Shown here: positions 46,138-57,400 of the stretch, piece after piece | Layout of the letters: every line of letters starts with the position of its first letter | How positions within the stretch are numbered: position 1 is the stretch's first letter | Assembly (NCBI GenBank): GCA_017623475.1 | Contig: JAGAPC010000009.1 | Location: 24,645-88,644, forward strand | DNA length: 64,000 nt | Direction of reading: 5' to 3' | Source: Clostridia bacterium | GTDB lineage: Bacteria; Bacillota; Clostridia; Oscillospirales; UBA644 | Notes under the pieces: model-generated | Seen by the model: the letters and a program-made list of their open reading frames with translations, nothing else | What the model was told of the DNA's origin: nothing | Database searches by the model: none | Translations under genes and position numbers: made by a program

Positions 46138-47268
46138 GTGAAAATTGCCGGAATTATTGCAGAATATAACCCCTTTCACAGGGGGCACGAATATCAGATC
46201 CAAGCCTTGCGGGGGATGGGCTACGACGGATTTATTGCCGCAATCAGCGGAAATTTCGTTCAGCGCGCGGACGCGGCGTTAACCGATAAATACCGAAGAG
46301 CAGAGGCCGCCGTCCGTTCCGGTGCGGACTTGGTATTGGAATTACCTCTCCCCTACGCCGTAGCTTCCGCTGAGGATTTTGGAACGGGAGGCGTTACGGT
46401 GTTATCCGCAACGGGCGTTCTCGACGCCATCTGCTGCGGATGTGAAAGCGGAAACGAGAAAAATCTTCGGCAGTACGAGGCATTACAAAAGGCGGAAGCC
46501 GCCGGGACCGTCGGAGAAAAAATGAAAGTCGGTCTTTCCTACCCCGCCGCCTGCCGATCGGCGGTAATAGAATCGGGAGAAGATTGGAGCGACGAGCCGA
46601 ACGACGTTCTGGCGTTGGCGTACCGAAAAGCCATAGATCGGATCGCACCACAACTGCCGATGATCGCCATTGAGCGAAAGGGCAGCTATCACGGAAATTC
46701 CGCAGGATTTGAAAGCGCCGAGTCCATTCGGAATCGGCTTGCGTTGGGGGAATCGGTGGAAGAATCCCTCCCCGAAGGATCTTACGAAATCATCAAAAGC
46801 GCTCCTTATGCCGATCTCACGCGGTTGGAGCGAGGAATACTTGCCTATTACCGAACCGTTTCTCCCGACGAGTTGAAAAATTACTACGGAATGCGGGAAG
46901 GGTTGCCGGAGCGCATATGCAAATCCGCAGGGGCTTTTACGCTGACGGAATTATACGATCAGGTAAAAACAAAGCGCTTTCCCCATTCTGCGATCCGCCG
47001 CGCCGTGCTGTGCGGATATTTGAAAATCCCTGAAAAATTGCCGAAAATTACCTACCTGCGCGTTCTTTCGTTCAACGAAAAAGGACAGGAAATCTTAAAA
47101 GAAATGAAAGGCAAGGCAACGCTGCCCGTCTGCTCCAGACTGTCTCCCGAAATGAGAAACGACCCCTTGGTTCAGGCGCAATTACGGGGGGATGAAATCT
47201 TTGCGTTGACTCTCCCGAATCCGGGGACTCCCCTGCAGGATTTGACCGAAAGTGCAAAGAAAATATGA
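46138..47268 (+). CDS. tmcAL: tRNA(Met) cytidine acetate ligase (TmcAL/YlbM-type nucleotidyltransferase)
   Basis: VKIAGIIAEYNPFHRGHEYQI contains an HxGH-type motif. GTG 46138 follows AAGGAG. Confidence 0.8.
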   Translation: MKIAGIIAEYNPFHRGHEYQIQALRGMGYDGFIAAISGNFVQRADAALTDKYRRAEAAVRSGADLVLELPLPYAVASAEDFGTGGVTVLSATGVLDAICCGCESGNEKNLRQYEALQKAEAAGTVGEKMKVGLSYPAACRSAVIESGEDWSDEPNDVLALAYRKAIDRIAPQLPMIAIERKGSYHGNSAGFESAESIRNRLALGESVEESLPEGSYEIIKSAPYADLTRLERGILAYYRTVSPDELKNYYGMREGLPERICKSAGAFTLTELYDQVKTKRFPHSAIRRAVLCGYLKIPEKLPKITYLRVLSFNEKGQEILKEMKGKATLPVCSRLSPEMRNDPLVQAQLRGDEIFALTLPNPGTPLQDLTESAKKI

Positions 47269-47371
47269 CAATTATGAAAAAATCTTTATAAATTCTTAAA
47301 AAACTCTTTACAAACGCCTTATTTTGTAGTAAAATTATATATGTATATTAAAGGCATTATTCGGAGGATTT

Positions 47372-48079
47372 ATGGAAACGAAATACAAACGAGTTTTAGT
47401 CAAGTTAAGCGGAGAAGCCCTGTCCGGCTCTTTGGGGCACGGCATTGAATTTGAAACGGCGACGGAGGTTTGCCGCAACATCGTAAAATGCTTGGAATAT
47501 GGGGCACAGATCGCCATCGTATGCGGCGCCGGGAATTTTTGGCGGGGACGCCAAGGCTCCGACATGGATCCGGTCAAGGCAGATCAGATGGGGATGCTTG
47601 CCACCAACATGAACGCCATCGCTCTTTCGGAATTGTTCCGTTCCGTGGGCGCGGAAGCAAAGGTTCTTTCCGCCGTTGCGATGCCCCAGGTCTGCGAGAC
47701 TTACACGAAGGACCTTGCGGACAAATACCTCAACGAGGGGAAGATCGTTATTTTCGGCGGCGGCACGGGCTGTCCCTTCTTCACCACCGATACGGCGGCG
47801 GCGTTGCGTGCCATTGAAATCGGCGCGGACATCGCTCTGATGGCGAAGGCGGTGGACGGCGTTTACGACAAAGACCCCAGAACCAACCCCGACGCGAAGA
47901 AATTCGATTCCATTACCTATTCCGAGATTCTCGATAAAAAATTGGGCGTCATTGATCTGACTGCCGCATCCCTGTGCATGGAAAAAAATCTGCCGGTCCT
48001 TCTGTTCCAGCTGGGCAAGGGCGAAAGCATCGCCGAGGCTCTGTGCGGAAACAACGTAGGCACCGTGATCAACGTATAA
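47372..48079 (+). CDS. pyrH: UMP kinase
   Basis: YKRVLVKLSGEAL..IVCGAGNFWRG. Confidence 0.95.
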   Translation: METKYKRVLVKLSGEALSGSLGHGIEFETATEVCRNIVKCLEYGAQIAIVCGAGNFWRGRQGSDMDPVKADQMGMLATNMNAIALSELFRSVGAEAKVLSAVAMPQVCETYTKDLADKYLNEGKIVIFGGGTGCPFFTTDTAAALRAIEIGADIALMAKAVDGVYDKDPRTNPDAKKFDSITYSEILDKKLGVIDLTAASLCMEKNLPVLLFQLGKGESIAEALCGNNVGTVINV

Positions 48080-48122
48080 AAAATTTTTGATTTGAAATAA
48101 ATATCTTTACGGAGGATTCCTT

Positions 48123-48677
48123 ATGAAACCCGAATACAAAGAAACCAACGACAGAATGGAAAAAACCCGTCAAGCCCTGCAGAACGATTTTGCTTCGATC
48201 CGGGCTTCTGCCGCAAACGTGGCGGTTCTTGACAAAATTTCCGTAGATTACTGGGGCGTCAAAACCCCCATTCAGCAGGTTGCCACCGTTTCCGTTCAGG
48301 AAGGAAAAACCCTGTTGATCCAACCCTACGACGCTTCTCTTCTGAAGACCATTGAAAAGGCGATTCAGGTCTCGGATCTGGGGATCAATCCCCAAAACGA
48401 CGGCAGAGTGATCCGTCTTGCCTTCCCCCCTCTGACCGAAGAGCGCCGCAAGAGTATCGTAAAGGATCTGGGCAAAATGTCCGAGGATTCCAAAACCGCC
48501 ATCCGAAACATCCGCAGAGATGCGTTGGAAGGCTTTAAGGCGCAGAAAAAGAAGAGCGAAATTACCGAAGACGACCTGAAAAACGCCGAAAAGGAAATTC
48601 AGGCTCTGACCGATAAATTCTGCAAAGAAATCGACGCTATGCGTGCCGCAAAGGAAAAGGAAATCCTTTCGGTCTGA
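48123..48677 (+). CDS. frr: ribosome recycling factor
   Basis: 184 aa. ..IRASAANVAVLDKISVDYWG..LGINPQNDG..IRNIRRDA. Confidence 0.95.
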   Translation: MKPEYKETNDRMEKTRQALQNDFASIRASAANVAVLDKISVDYWGVKTPIQQVATVSVQEGKTLLIQPYDASLLKTIEKAIQVSDLGINPQNDGRVIRLAFPPLTEERRKSIVKDLGKMSEDSKTAIRNIRRDALEGFKAQKKKSEITEDDLKNAEKEIQALTDKFCKEIDAMRAAKEKEILSV

Positions 48678-48699
48678 TTTCCCCCATGCTGAACCGTTG

Positions 48700-48727
48700 A
48701 CCGTTGCCGCAGCTTTGCGGCAACGGT
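48700..48727 (+). other. 11-bp GC-rich hairpin after frr, no U-tract
   Basis: ACCGTTGCCGC pairs with GCGGCAACGGT. Confidence 0.5.
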
Positions 48728-48771
48728 TCGAATTATCAAAGAAAAAATAAGACGTTTCGGGAGTAATCATT

Positions 48772-49485
48772 TTGGAGCAGAAGCATCTGCCGATCCATAT
48801 CGGCTTTATCATGGACGGAAACCGCCGCTGGGCAAAGGAGCGAGGGCTTACCACGCCCCAGGGGCACAAAGCGGGCGCGGACGCCTTGGAGCGCATCGTG
48901 GAAGCCTGCTTTGAACGGGGGATCCGTCATATTACTTTTTACGCATTCTCCACCGAAAATTGGAATCGGCCCGCCGCAGAGGTTTCGGCGCTGATGAGCC
49001 TGTTTTCCCGCTATCTGGATTCCCTTTTGGATCGTTGGGAAAACAGCGATAAGGCAGTTTATCATCACACCCGCATCTGCTTTATCGGAGATTTGTCCGG
49101 CTTTGACGGAAAATTCCGGGAGCGCGTGGATCGGATCGAAAGCCTTTCCAAGACCAAAGAGATCCGCATGACCATGAACATCGCCATCAACTACGGGGGC
49201 AGGGCGGATATTTTACAGGCGGTCAACCGCGCCATTCAAGAAGGGAAAACCGAATTGACCGAGCAGGACGTTGACGACCGTCTCTACACCGCAGGTCAGC
49301 CCGATCCGGATCTGATCGTCCGTACCGGGGGCGAAATGCGTCTTTCCAATTTCCTTTTATGGCAGTCTTCATACGCGGAATATTATTCCGATCCCTGCTA
49401 TTGGCCTGATTTTGACGGCGCTCGGCTGGACGCGGCGTTAGAGGCTTACGCAAAACGAATCCGTAAATTCGGCGGAAATCAATGA
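48772..49485 (+). CDS. uppS: isoprenyl transferase (undecaprenyl-diphosphate synthase)
   Basis: IGFIMDGNRRWAKERG..RLSNFLLWQ. TTG start with GGGAG 8 nt upstream. Confidence 0.9.
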   Translation: MEQKHLPIHIGFIMDGNRRWAKERGLTTPQGHKAGADALERIVEACFERGIRHITFYAFSTENWNRPAAEVSALMSLFSRYLDSLLDRWENSDKAVYHHTRICFIGDLSGFDGKFRERVDRIESLSKTKEIRMTMNIAINYGGRADILQAVNRAIQEGKTELTEQDVDDRLYTAGQPDPDLIVRTGGEMRLSNFLLWQSSYAEYYSDPCYWPDFDGARLDAALEAYAKRIRKFGGNQ

Positions 49486-49504
49486 TGAAGGGAGCGCTTA
49501 CATC

Positions 49505-50323
49505 GTGAAAACACGAATCATCTCCGGAACCTGCATTTTTGCGTTTTTGGTTCTTACGGTACTTACCTCCGGCATTCCCTTCCTTTTGAACGCCATTATG
49601 GCGGTGGTAGCTGCGGGGGCGATCTACGAAATACTGAAGATCGGTGGGCTTTCCTGCCGTAAAACTCTGACCGCAGGGGCGATGGTCTTTGCGGGAGCGT
49701 TGGTTTTTTGTTCCGATCCCGGATTTTTATGGCACCGTCAAATCCTGACCCTTGCCACCTTTCTTCTGATTTTGCTGACCTTTGCATACTATTTGAAGGG
49801 GTATAAAAACACCACCCTTCCGGATCTTGCCTTCGGACTTATTATGACGCTTTTGGTGGCGTATTTCTTCTCTGCGGTCGTTTTGACCCGTAGAACCGAA
49901 GAAGGATTTTGGAATCTGATCCTTATTTTCCTTCTTGCCTGGGTTCCCGACACGGGGGCGTATTTCTCCGGAGCGTTATTCGGAAAGCATAAGCTTGCAC
50001 CGGTAATTTCCCCGAAAAAAACGGTAGAAGGCGCCGTGGGCGGACTGATCGTTTGCGTTGGGGTATCTTACCTGTACGCATGGCTCGTCGGTCTGACGGG
50101 GGCGGGGGTAAATTACGGAATCGTATTGGTTTACGCCGTCGTGGGAACGCTGATCTCCATCCTCGGAGATCTGACCGCTTCGTTGATCAAGCGCCATTAC
50201 AACGTAAAGGATTACGGAAATCTGATCCCCGGACACGGAGGGATCATGGATCGGTTCGATTCCATCTGGTTCGTAGCCCCCTTCGTGTATCTGATGCTTC
50301 AGATCTGTCCCATATTTAATTAA
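49505..50323 (+). CDS. cdsA: phosphatidate cytidylyltransferase
   Basis: Signature SLIKRHYNVKDYGNLIPGHGGIMDRFDS. GTG start. Confidence 0.9.
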   Translation: MKTRIISGTCIFAFLVLTVLTSGIPFLLNAIMAVVAAGAIYEILKIGGLSCRKTLTAGAMVFAGALVFCSDPGFLWHRQILTLATFLLILLTFAYYLKGYKNTTLPDLAFGLIMTLLVAYFFSAVVLTRRTEEGFWNLILIFLLAWVPDTGAYFSGALFGKHKLAPVISPKKTVEGAVGGLIVCVGVSYLYAWLVGLTGAGVNYGIVLVYAVVGTLISILGDLTASLIKRHYNVKDYGNLIPGHGGIMDRFDSIWFVAPFVYLMLQICPIFN

Positions 50324-50336
50324 CAGGAAAACGAAA

Positions 50337-51488
50337 ATGAAATCCATTTTAATTTTAGGATCGACCGGATCCATCGGAAGACAAACGGTATCGGTGCTGG
50401 AAAACCTGGGGCTTCGCGCCGCAGGGCTTTCGGCAAACACCGACGTGGAACGGATGGAGGAGCAAATTCGGACGTTAAAGCCCGCCTTTTCCGTCATGAC
50501 CGACGTTGCGGCGGCGGAAGAATTAAAGCGTCGGGTTTCCGACACGGACACCGCGGTTTTTTCCGGCACGGACGGTCTTGTAAAAATGATTCGGGAAGCG
50601 GACTTTGACGTAGCCGTAAACGGAATCGTCGGAATGGCGGGGACGCTTCCCTTTTTGGAGGTAATCCGAAGAGGAAAGGACGTCGCCGTTGCAAACAAGG
50701 AATCCTTGGTAACCGCAGGACCGATCATCAAAAAAGAAGCGAAAAAATACGGCGCTGAAATTTTGCCCGTTGACAGCGAACATTCGGCAATTTTCCAATG
50801 CCTGCAGGCTGCTCCCCCGAAACGGAGATTGAACAAGATTCTGCTGACCTGCTCCGGCGGTCCTTTCTTCGGACAAAGCAAGGAGCAGATCGCTGCCGTC
50901 ACCCCCGAAATGGCGTTACGGCACCCCAGCTGGAAAATGGGGGCAAAGATCACCGTAGATTGCGCTACAATGATGAACAAAGGGCTGGAGATCATGGAAG
51001 CGGTTCGGTTGTTTGATCTGCCCGAAGACAAGATCGAGGTTCTGATCCATCGGGAAAGCATCGTCCATTCTCTGGTGGAATTTGACGATCACTCGCTGCT
51101 GGCGCAGTTGGGCTTACCGGATATGCGGATCGCCATTCAATACGCCCTGACCTATCCCGACCGTCTCCCCTCGCCGGTGGATCGGCTGGATCTGACCAAG
51201 ACGGCAAGCCTGACCTTTGCACAACCGGATACGGACGTCTTCCCTGCAACGGAATTGTGCCGTCAAGCCATTCGGGAGGACGGGATTTATCCCACGGTGG
51301 TCAACGCCGCAAACGAGGTGGCGGTTCACGCCTTTTTGAACAAGCGGATTTCCTTCTCCGAAATCGTGGACGTGGTTCGCCGTCAGCTGGAACGCACCGA
51401 GCAGATTTCCAATCCCGATTTGGATACGATTTTTGAAATTGATTCCGGAATCCGCAAGGAAACGGAGCATTTTATCGCAACCCTTTGA
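50337..51488 (+). CDS. dxr: 1-deoxy-D-xylulose-5-phosphate reductoisomerase
   Basis: ILGSTGSIGRQT..PVDSEHSAIFQCL. Confidence 0.95.
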   Translation: MKSILILGSTGSIGRQTVSVLENLGLRAAGLSANTDVERMEEQIRTLKPAFSVMTDVAAAEELKRRVSDTDTAVFSGTDGLVKMIREADFDVAVNGIVGMAGTLPFLEVIRRGKDVAVANKESLVTAGPIIKKEAKKYGAEILPVDSEHSAIFQCLQAAPPKRRLNKILLTCSGGPFFGQSKEQIAAVTPEMALRHPSWKMGAKITVDCATMMNKGLEIMEAVRLFDLPEDKIEVLIHRESIVHSLVEFDDHSLLAQLGLPDMRIAIQYALTYPDRLPSPVDRLDLTKTASLTFAQPDTDVFPATELCRQAIREDGIYPTVVNAANEVAVHAFLNKRISFSEIVDVVRRQLERTEQISNPDLDTIFEIDSGIRKETEHFIATL

Positions 51489-51512
51489 TTTACCCTTGAA
51501 GGAGTAGTTATT

Positions 51513-52547
51513 TTGGATATTGTATTGCAAATACTTTATACGGTTTTGGTGCTGGGGGCTTTGATTTTCGTCCACGAATTGGGGCATTTTATCGCGGCAA
51601 AGGCGTGCGGTGTCCGAGTGACGGAATTTGCCCTGGGCATGGGTCCTGCCATTTTGAAAAAGCAAGGGAAAGAAACCCTTTACGCTTTACGGCTGTTCCC
51701 CATCGGCGGCTACTGCGCCATGACGGGAGAGGACGAGGAGATCAAGGACGATCCGAAAGCGATGCGGAACAAGCCCGTATGGATGCGGATGATCATCGTC
51801 GTGGCAGGCTCGGTGATGAACCTGCTTTTAGGGTTGATCCTGGTTGCAATCATCGTCTGCTTCAGCAACATTCCGTCCACGACGGTCGCCCAATTTGACG
51901 AAAACGCAACCTCGGTAGCCTGCGGATTGCAGGTAGATGATGAAATTATCGCAATCAACGGCAATAAGATCTCCGACTACACGGACATGGCGACGGAATT
52001 ATCCCGATGCTATAACGAAGATACCGTTTCCTTGACCGTTCTGCGGGACGGACAACAGATAATTTTGCAGAACGTGACCTTCCCCACGGAACAGATCGAC
52101 GAGGGGTTAAGTTATCCGATGCTCGATTTTTTGGTGTATCGGGCGAAAAAGACACCGGGGGTCGTCCTTCGGCAGATCTTTTTACAGACCGGGTCTTATA
52201 TCACCAGCGTCGTCAACGGATTGGTGGATATGATCTCCGGGAGAGTATCGCTGAAATACGTTTCCGGACCGGTGGGGATCTCCTCGGTGATTTCCGAGGC
52301 GGCGTCCTACGGCATCTTATCCTTGTTGTCGATCGGGGCGTTGATTTCGGTCAATTTGGGGGTTATGAATATGCTCCCCCTGCCCGCCCTGGACGGCGGT
52401 AGGTTCTTATGCCTGATCATTGAAGCCATTCTGCGGCGTCCCATTCCGGCGAAGGTGGAGGGGATCATTCACGCGGCTGGGCTGGTACTGTTGCTGGGGC
52501 TTATGATTATCATCGCGTTTAAAGATATTTTCTTCCCGATCTATTAA
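51513..52547 (+). CDS. rseP: RIP metalloprotease RseP (site-2 protease)
   Basis: HELGH motif, a PDZ segment and NMLPLPALDGG. TTG start with GGAG 8 nt upstream. Confidence 0.9.
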   Translation: MDIVLQILYTVLVLGALIFVHELGHFIAAKACGVRVTEFALGMGPAILKKQGKETLYALRLFPIGGYCAMTGEDEEIKDDPKAMRNKPVWMRMIIVVAGSVMNLLLGLILVAIIVCFSNIPSTTVAQFDENATSVACGLQVDDEIIAINGNKISDYTDMATELSRCYNEDTVSLTVLRDGQQIILQNVTFPTEQIDEGLSYPMLDFLVYRAKKTPGVVLRQIFLQTGSYITSVVNGLVDMISGRVSLKYVSGPVGISSVISEAASYGILSLLSIGALISVNLGVMNMLPLPALDGGRFLCLIIEAILRRPIPAKVEGIIHAAGLVLLLGLMIIIAFKDIFFPIY

Positions 52548-52559
52548 GGAGGATCTGCT

Positions 52560-53615
52560 ATGGCATCAAAAAAACAGATCGTCGCCCGGGGGGTTGCCAT
52601 CGGAGGCGGGGCAAATATCCCCATTCAATCCATGTGCTCCATCCCCTTTACCCGCTTTGACGAATTGGCAAAGCAGGCGTTGCAGCTGCAAGAGGCAGGA
52701 TGCGACGTTTTACGGGTTGCCTTGCCGGACGAAGCGTCGGCAGAGCCCTTTCGCAAGCTTCGAAATATGCTGAAAATTCCCTTGGTGGCAGATATTCATT
52801 ACGATTACCGTCTGGCGCTAAAAGCCTTGGAGGCGGGGGCGGACAAGATCCGCATCAACCCCGGCAACACGGACAAGACCCATCTGAAATTGGTGACCGA
52901 CGCGGCAAAGGAGCGAAACGTACCCATCCGCGTTGGGGTTAACGCCGGATCGTTGGAAAAGGATCTGTTGGAAAAATACTCCAAGCCCACGGCAGAAGCC
53001 CTGGCGGAAAGTGCGGCGCGGAACGTGGCGCTTTTGGAGCAGCTGGGCTTTGACGATATTGCCGTATCCATGAAGGCCTCCGACGTCAGAATGATGGTAG
53101 ATGCCTATCGCATCTTTGCAAAAAATTCCCCCTATCCTCTCCACCTGGGCGTGACGGAGGCGGGAACGTTGCGGTCGGGAACGGTGAAATCCTCCGTCGG
53201 GATCGGAGCACTGCTTTTGGACGGCATCGGAGACACCGTTCGGGTTTCTCTGACGGCAGATCCCTTGGAAGAGGTGGAAACGGCAAAGATATTGTTGCGG
53301 TCTTTGGACCTGTACGATCGGGGAATTGAGGTTATTTCCTGCCCGACCTGCGGGAGAACCACCGTAAACTCCATCGAGCTTGCAAACGCCGTAGAACGGG
53401 AATTTCGCGACATCCGAGCCCACGTAAAGATTGCGGTCATGGGATGCGTGGTTAACGGCCCGGGAGAAGCACGGCAAGCCGACGTAGGCGTTACCGGAGC
53501 AAAGGGCGAATACGTCCTGTTCCGCGGAGATAAAATCATAAAGCACATCTCCCCCGATCACATCCTTCCCCTGCTTCGGAAGATCGTGGAAGAGATTGCA
53601 AAAACAAAGGAATAA
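52560..53615 (+). CDS. ispG: 4-hydroxy-3-methylbut-2-en-1-yl diphosphate synthase
   Basis: ..ADIHYDYRLA..INPGN..CPTCGR..MGCVVNGPGE. Confidence 0.95.
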   Translation: MASKKQIVARGVAIGGGANIPIQSMCSIPFTRFDELAKQALQLQEAGCDVLRVALPDEASAEPFRKLRNMLKIPLVADIHYDYRLALKALEAGADKIRINPGNTDKTHLKLVTDAAKERNVPIRVGVNAGSLEKDLLEKYSKPTAEALAESAARNVALLEQLGFDDIAVSMKASDVRMMVDAYRIFAKNSPYPLHLGVTEAGTLRSGTVKSSVGIGALLLDGIGDTVRVSLTADPLEEVETAKILLRSLDLYDRGIEVISCPTCGRTTVNSIELANAVEREFRDIRAHVKIAVMGCVVNGPGEARQADVGVTGAKGEYVLFRGDKIIKHISPDHILPLLRKIVEEIAKTKE

Positions 53616-53620
53616 AAAAT

Positions 53621-53650
53621 AATACCGGAAGAACGAAATCTTCCGGTATT
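53621..53650. terminator. bidirectional terminator
   Basis: AATACCGGAAG pairs with CTTCCGGTATT. Confidence 0.8.
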
Positions 53651-53655
53651 TCTTT

Positions 53656-54327
53656 TTAGGATTCAAAATATTTTGCGAAGGGGAAGCGGTCGAAGAAATT
53701 TATGTGGCGGTCAAGAAGCTTGGAGAACAGTCCGATCAAAAGTCCGTTAACCAAGGCGACCAAAAGGGTTCCCAATCCGATGCCGTGATCAAAGAGGGAA
53801 TGGAATACCGTCAAGGAAAGAACCACCGCCACGGCGCAGCTGACCAGGTCGTAAACGATCTTGAAGCGACTCACGTTAAGATGATAATACAATGAAACTT
53901 CCTTAACGAAAAGCTCGTAGGCTCCGGGAGCAAGGTAGGTTTTAAAAAACAACGAAACGCCGAGCGAAGAAAGAACCATCCCCAAAACCATCATGACGAG
54001 ACGCAGGATCACGCTCCATTCCCCGGTCAGAGAAAGAAGCCCGATAAATCCGTCCAAAATGATCCCGTATAAAAATGCGGAAACGAAGGAAAGCAGATAC
54101 GTCCATCGGAATTTCCGAACCAAGAGGCAAACGGCAACCACCAGAATTCCTTGCAGGCAATACTCGGCGGTGCCGAAGGATACGTGAAGGATTTGAGATA
54201 AAAGATAAGCGGGGGCAACGACGGCAGAAAGCCCGAAATTTGCGTGGGACATCAAAGCCGCCCCAAACGCCAAAAACAACGTGGCGAGAAGATAGCAAAG
54301 CTCGCGGCTCATGGAAAGCTTCTTCAT
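53656..54327 (-). CDS. polytopic membrane protein (YczE/DUF6198-like; tentative)
   Basis: About 6 hydrophobic helices. GGAG SD. No catalytic motif seen. Confidence 0.6.
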   Translation of the reverse strand: MKKLSMSRELCYLLATLFLAFGAALMSHANFGLSAVVAPAYLLSQILHVSFGTAEYCLQGILVVAVCLLVRKFRWTYLLSFVSAFLYGIILDGFIGLLSLTGEWSVILRLVMMVLGMVLSSLGVSLFFKTYLAPGAYELFVKEVSLYYHLNVSRFKIVYDLVSCAVAVVLSLTVFHSLFDHGIGLGTLLVALVNGLLIGLFSKLLDRHINFFDRFPFAKYFES

Positions 54328-54363
54328 AATGATTCTCCGGTTTCCTTAATTATAAAACAAAAA

Positions 54364-54394
54364 AACAGCGGTGCGTTAAAAACACACCGCTGTT
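54364..54394. terminator. terminator of the giant surface-protein gene
   Basis: AACAGCGGTG pairs with CACCGCTGTT, with T-runs on both strands. Confidence 0.85.
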
Positions 54395-54403
54395 GGATTT
54401 TTT

Positions 54404-57400
54404 TTAACGGCTCAATTTTTTCTTCCAAAGGATTACCGCGACCGTAGCGGCAGCAGCGACCAATGCAAGGGCGGGAATCACAAACGCCAAAACGCTCGGC
54501 GTCGAGGACTGTCCCGGAATAAGATCCATAGATTCGTTATTCCCCATCCCCTGGAATTCCTGAACCTCTCCAAGGCTCATGGGAGAACCCATGGAAGGCA
54601 TTTGCACCACCTTTGCGTTGGCAGAAAGGAATACGTACGCTTCGCTTCCGCTGACGTCCTTCGCTTCCTGGGCGTTCTTCTTGTTTTCGCCGGCTTTAAT
54701 CAGGGAAGCGGTAACGGTGATCTTCTTGAGCTTGACGTTGAATGCGGGATCGCCGGAAATCTCAACGGCACCGGATCCGTCGGTAACGTCGATAGATCCC
54801 TTCGCCGTTCTGTTGTAGGAACGAACACCGGCAACGCCTTCTCCTTCTCCGGAGATAGAAGCCTTACCGTTTTCCTTCACGGTCAGAAGAGAATCGCCTT
54901 CAAACATGATACCTGCAACGGAGGTACCGGTAGCGCGGGCGACCAGCTTACCGTTATCACAGACGACGACAGACGCCTTCTTCAAATGAATTGCGGCACC
55001 GAGGGATACTTTGGAATCCCCGCCGGAAGAGGCGTTGACCCAAGCGTTATCCTGAATGGTCATGGTGTGATCCGAGTTGAGGAAAATACCGTAGGCGCGG
55101 TTGTCCTTGTCGGTTCCGTTCTTCTCTGCTTTTGCAGTAAGAACCGCCTTGCCGGCAACGACGAATTTTCCGTCTCCCTTGCCGTCGAAATTGATGGCGC
55201 AGGCGATATCACCGCCGGGAGAAACCTTGGAGGTGGAAACGTTGGTTACGTTCAGCACGGTATCCTTAACCAAGACGTCGTAATCGGTACCGCGGATAAA
55301 GAAGGTACCCCGGTCACCGCCGGCGTTGGAGGACATTTCTACCTTTCCGGTGGTGTTCATGGTAACGACGTTGTTCGTAGAGTACATTTCAACCGCGGCG
55401 CCGCGGGTCGTTTCGCTGGTAGGATCGATGCTTGCAAATTTTGCAGCAGCCTTGTCTTGAATCAGGAACAGGGCGGAATCCGTATTCCCCTTCACGTTGA
55501 AGAAGACGCCTTGATTGCTTGCCGCGATATCAACAACGGCGTTGTCGAGAATTTCAAAGACAGCGTTGACGGCGGTGGTCTTTTGAATGGCGGGAGTTTC
55601 GGTAATATTGCCTTCCTCGTCTTTCACCTTTTCGGAGGCGACGAAGGCGAATTCCACACCGACACCGGCGCCCTTGTCAATCTTCAGAGAAGCGTTTCCG
55701 GAAACCTCCAGAACCGCGTCCTGGCTTCCGGTTTTGTTATCAATGTCGGGGCACAGGTAAATTGCCTGACCGGCAAAGGAATCTTCGATGGGAGCGACGG
55801 TTACCTTTGCGTTTTCGGTAATTTGGAGGTAGGGCTGAGCGCCGGCAAGGAAGATTCCGCTTTCACCGGCAAGAACGTCCAGCAGGGCGTTTCCGCGGAC
55901 GATCAGACTGTTATCCTCATCGCCGGTCAAGTGAATTGCGTAATCACCGTCGGCGTTCTTATTGGAAATTACTTTAACCTTTGCATCGTCTTCAATCACC
56001 AGACGGTTCTTGCTGACGATCGTACACATTCCGCCGCTGATAGTGAGCGTGCCGTCGCCGGCGATCGTGGTATCCTCCGAGCTGCCGAAGGCGTAATATT
56101 TGCCAAGGTCCGGCTTCATGGTGATGACGTTTTCGCCCTTAAGGACGTAGGTAACGCTGCCGGAAGCCCACAGGCGGTTGACGCTTCCGTTCATATTATT
56201 CAAGGTAACGGTGGCGGTAACGGGATCGTAAACGATGGAATCTGCGGGAACGCCTAAATATTTTGCATCCGTTTCATTTAACGTGCGCTTCCCGGCGTTC
56301 AGGGTAATGTTTGCACCCTTCGGCGGGGTAACGGTAATGGTCATGACCTTCGATTCGGGATCGCCGGTGATCAACGCAACGCCGGAGGTAAAGTCTGCAC
56401 CGGTCAGATACTTGGCGTTGGTCGTAACGGTCGTAATCGCCTTTGCGTAACTGTGGAGAACTCCCCCTGCAAGGGCAAGGTTGGCGACGTTCGATTTGTC
56501 AAAATCCAGATTGATTGCGGAAACGAAGGGAGGCTTTGCCTCGTTAAACGAGGGGCAGTAAACCATGCGGTAACATTCGCCGGTAAGAATCGTATTATTG
56601 AAATCCATTTTGAAGACCGCGTTTTCCTTCGTATCCCCTACCTGAGATACGGAGAACAACGCAACGTTTTTATTGGCGGAGAAATTCATCTTGCTGTTGG
56701 TAACGGTCAACGCGGAAACGTCAACGAGGTTGACCACGCCGGTGACGTTGTCGCTGTTGCCGGGATAATCGATCACGACATCGAGCTTCGTGTTTTTAAA
56801 GGTAACGGAATCGGTAGTTTTCACGGAAACCGCGGAGAAGGCTGCCTTTTGATTTACCGTACCGACAAGATCGATATCGACGTTACCGCCGAGGAATTCT
56901 GCGGTTGCGGAGACGTCCGCCGTTCCGCTTACGGAAATGGCGGTACAGGTATAGGTACTGCCGGAGGTGATGTTGTGCGGCAATCCTTCGGCGTCCATCG
57001 TAACGGACAGAGAACCGTCAAACATCTTGAACTTACGGCTGCTGAATACGGTACGGCTGACGACCTCGGTTCCGGTCAGCGTTGCGGAAACCTGAGCGTC
57101 GTTCCGAAGAATGATCGAACCGTTTCCTGCATTCCGGAAGCAGGTGGTACCGTTAACGGAAGCGTTGACCGCGGCTTTTCCGCTGAAAACGATATCCTTA
57201 CCGCCGGAAGCGACGTGGATAACGTCGGTAAAGCCGGTGGGGTTGTTTGCTTCCAGATTCAGGGTAACGCGATCGGTCACCTTGATGGAGCCGGAACGGG
57301 ACATGAGAAGGTAGTTATGCCCCTTTACGTTCAAAACGCCGTCGCCCTTCACGGTAATATTCGTGATATGGGAAGGATCTACGGGAGCGCCGGTATCATC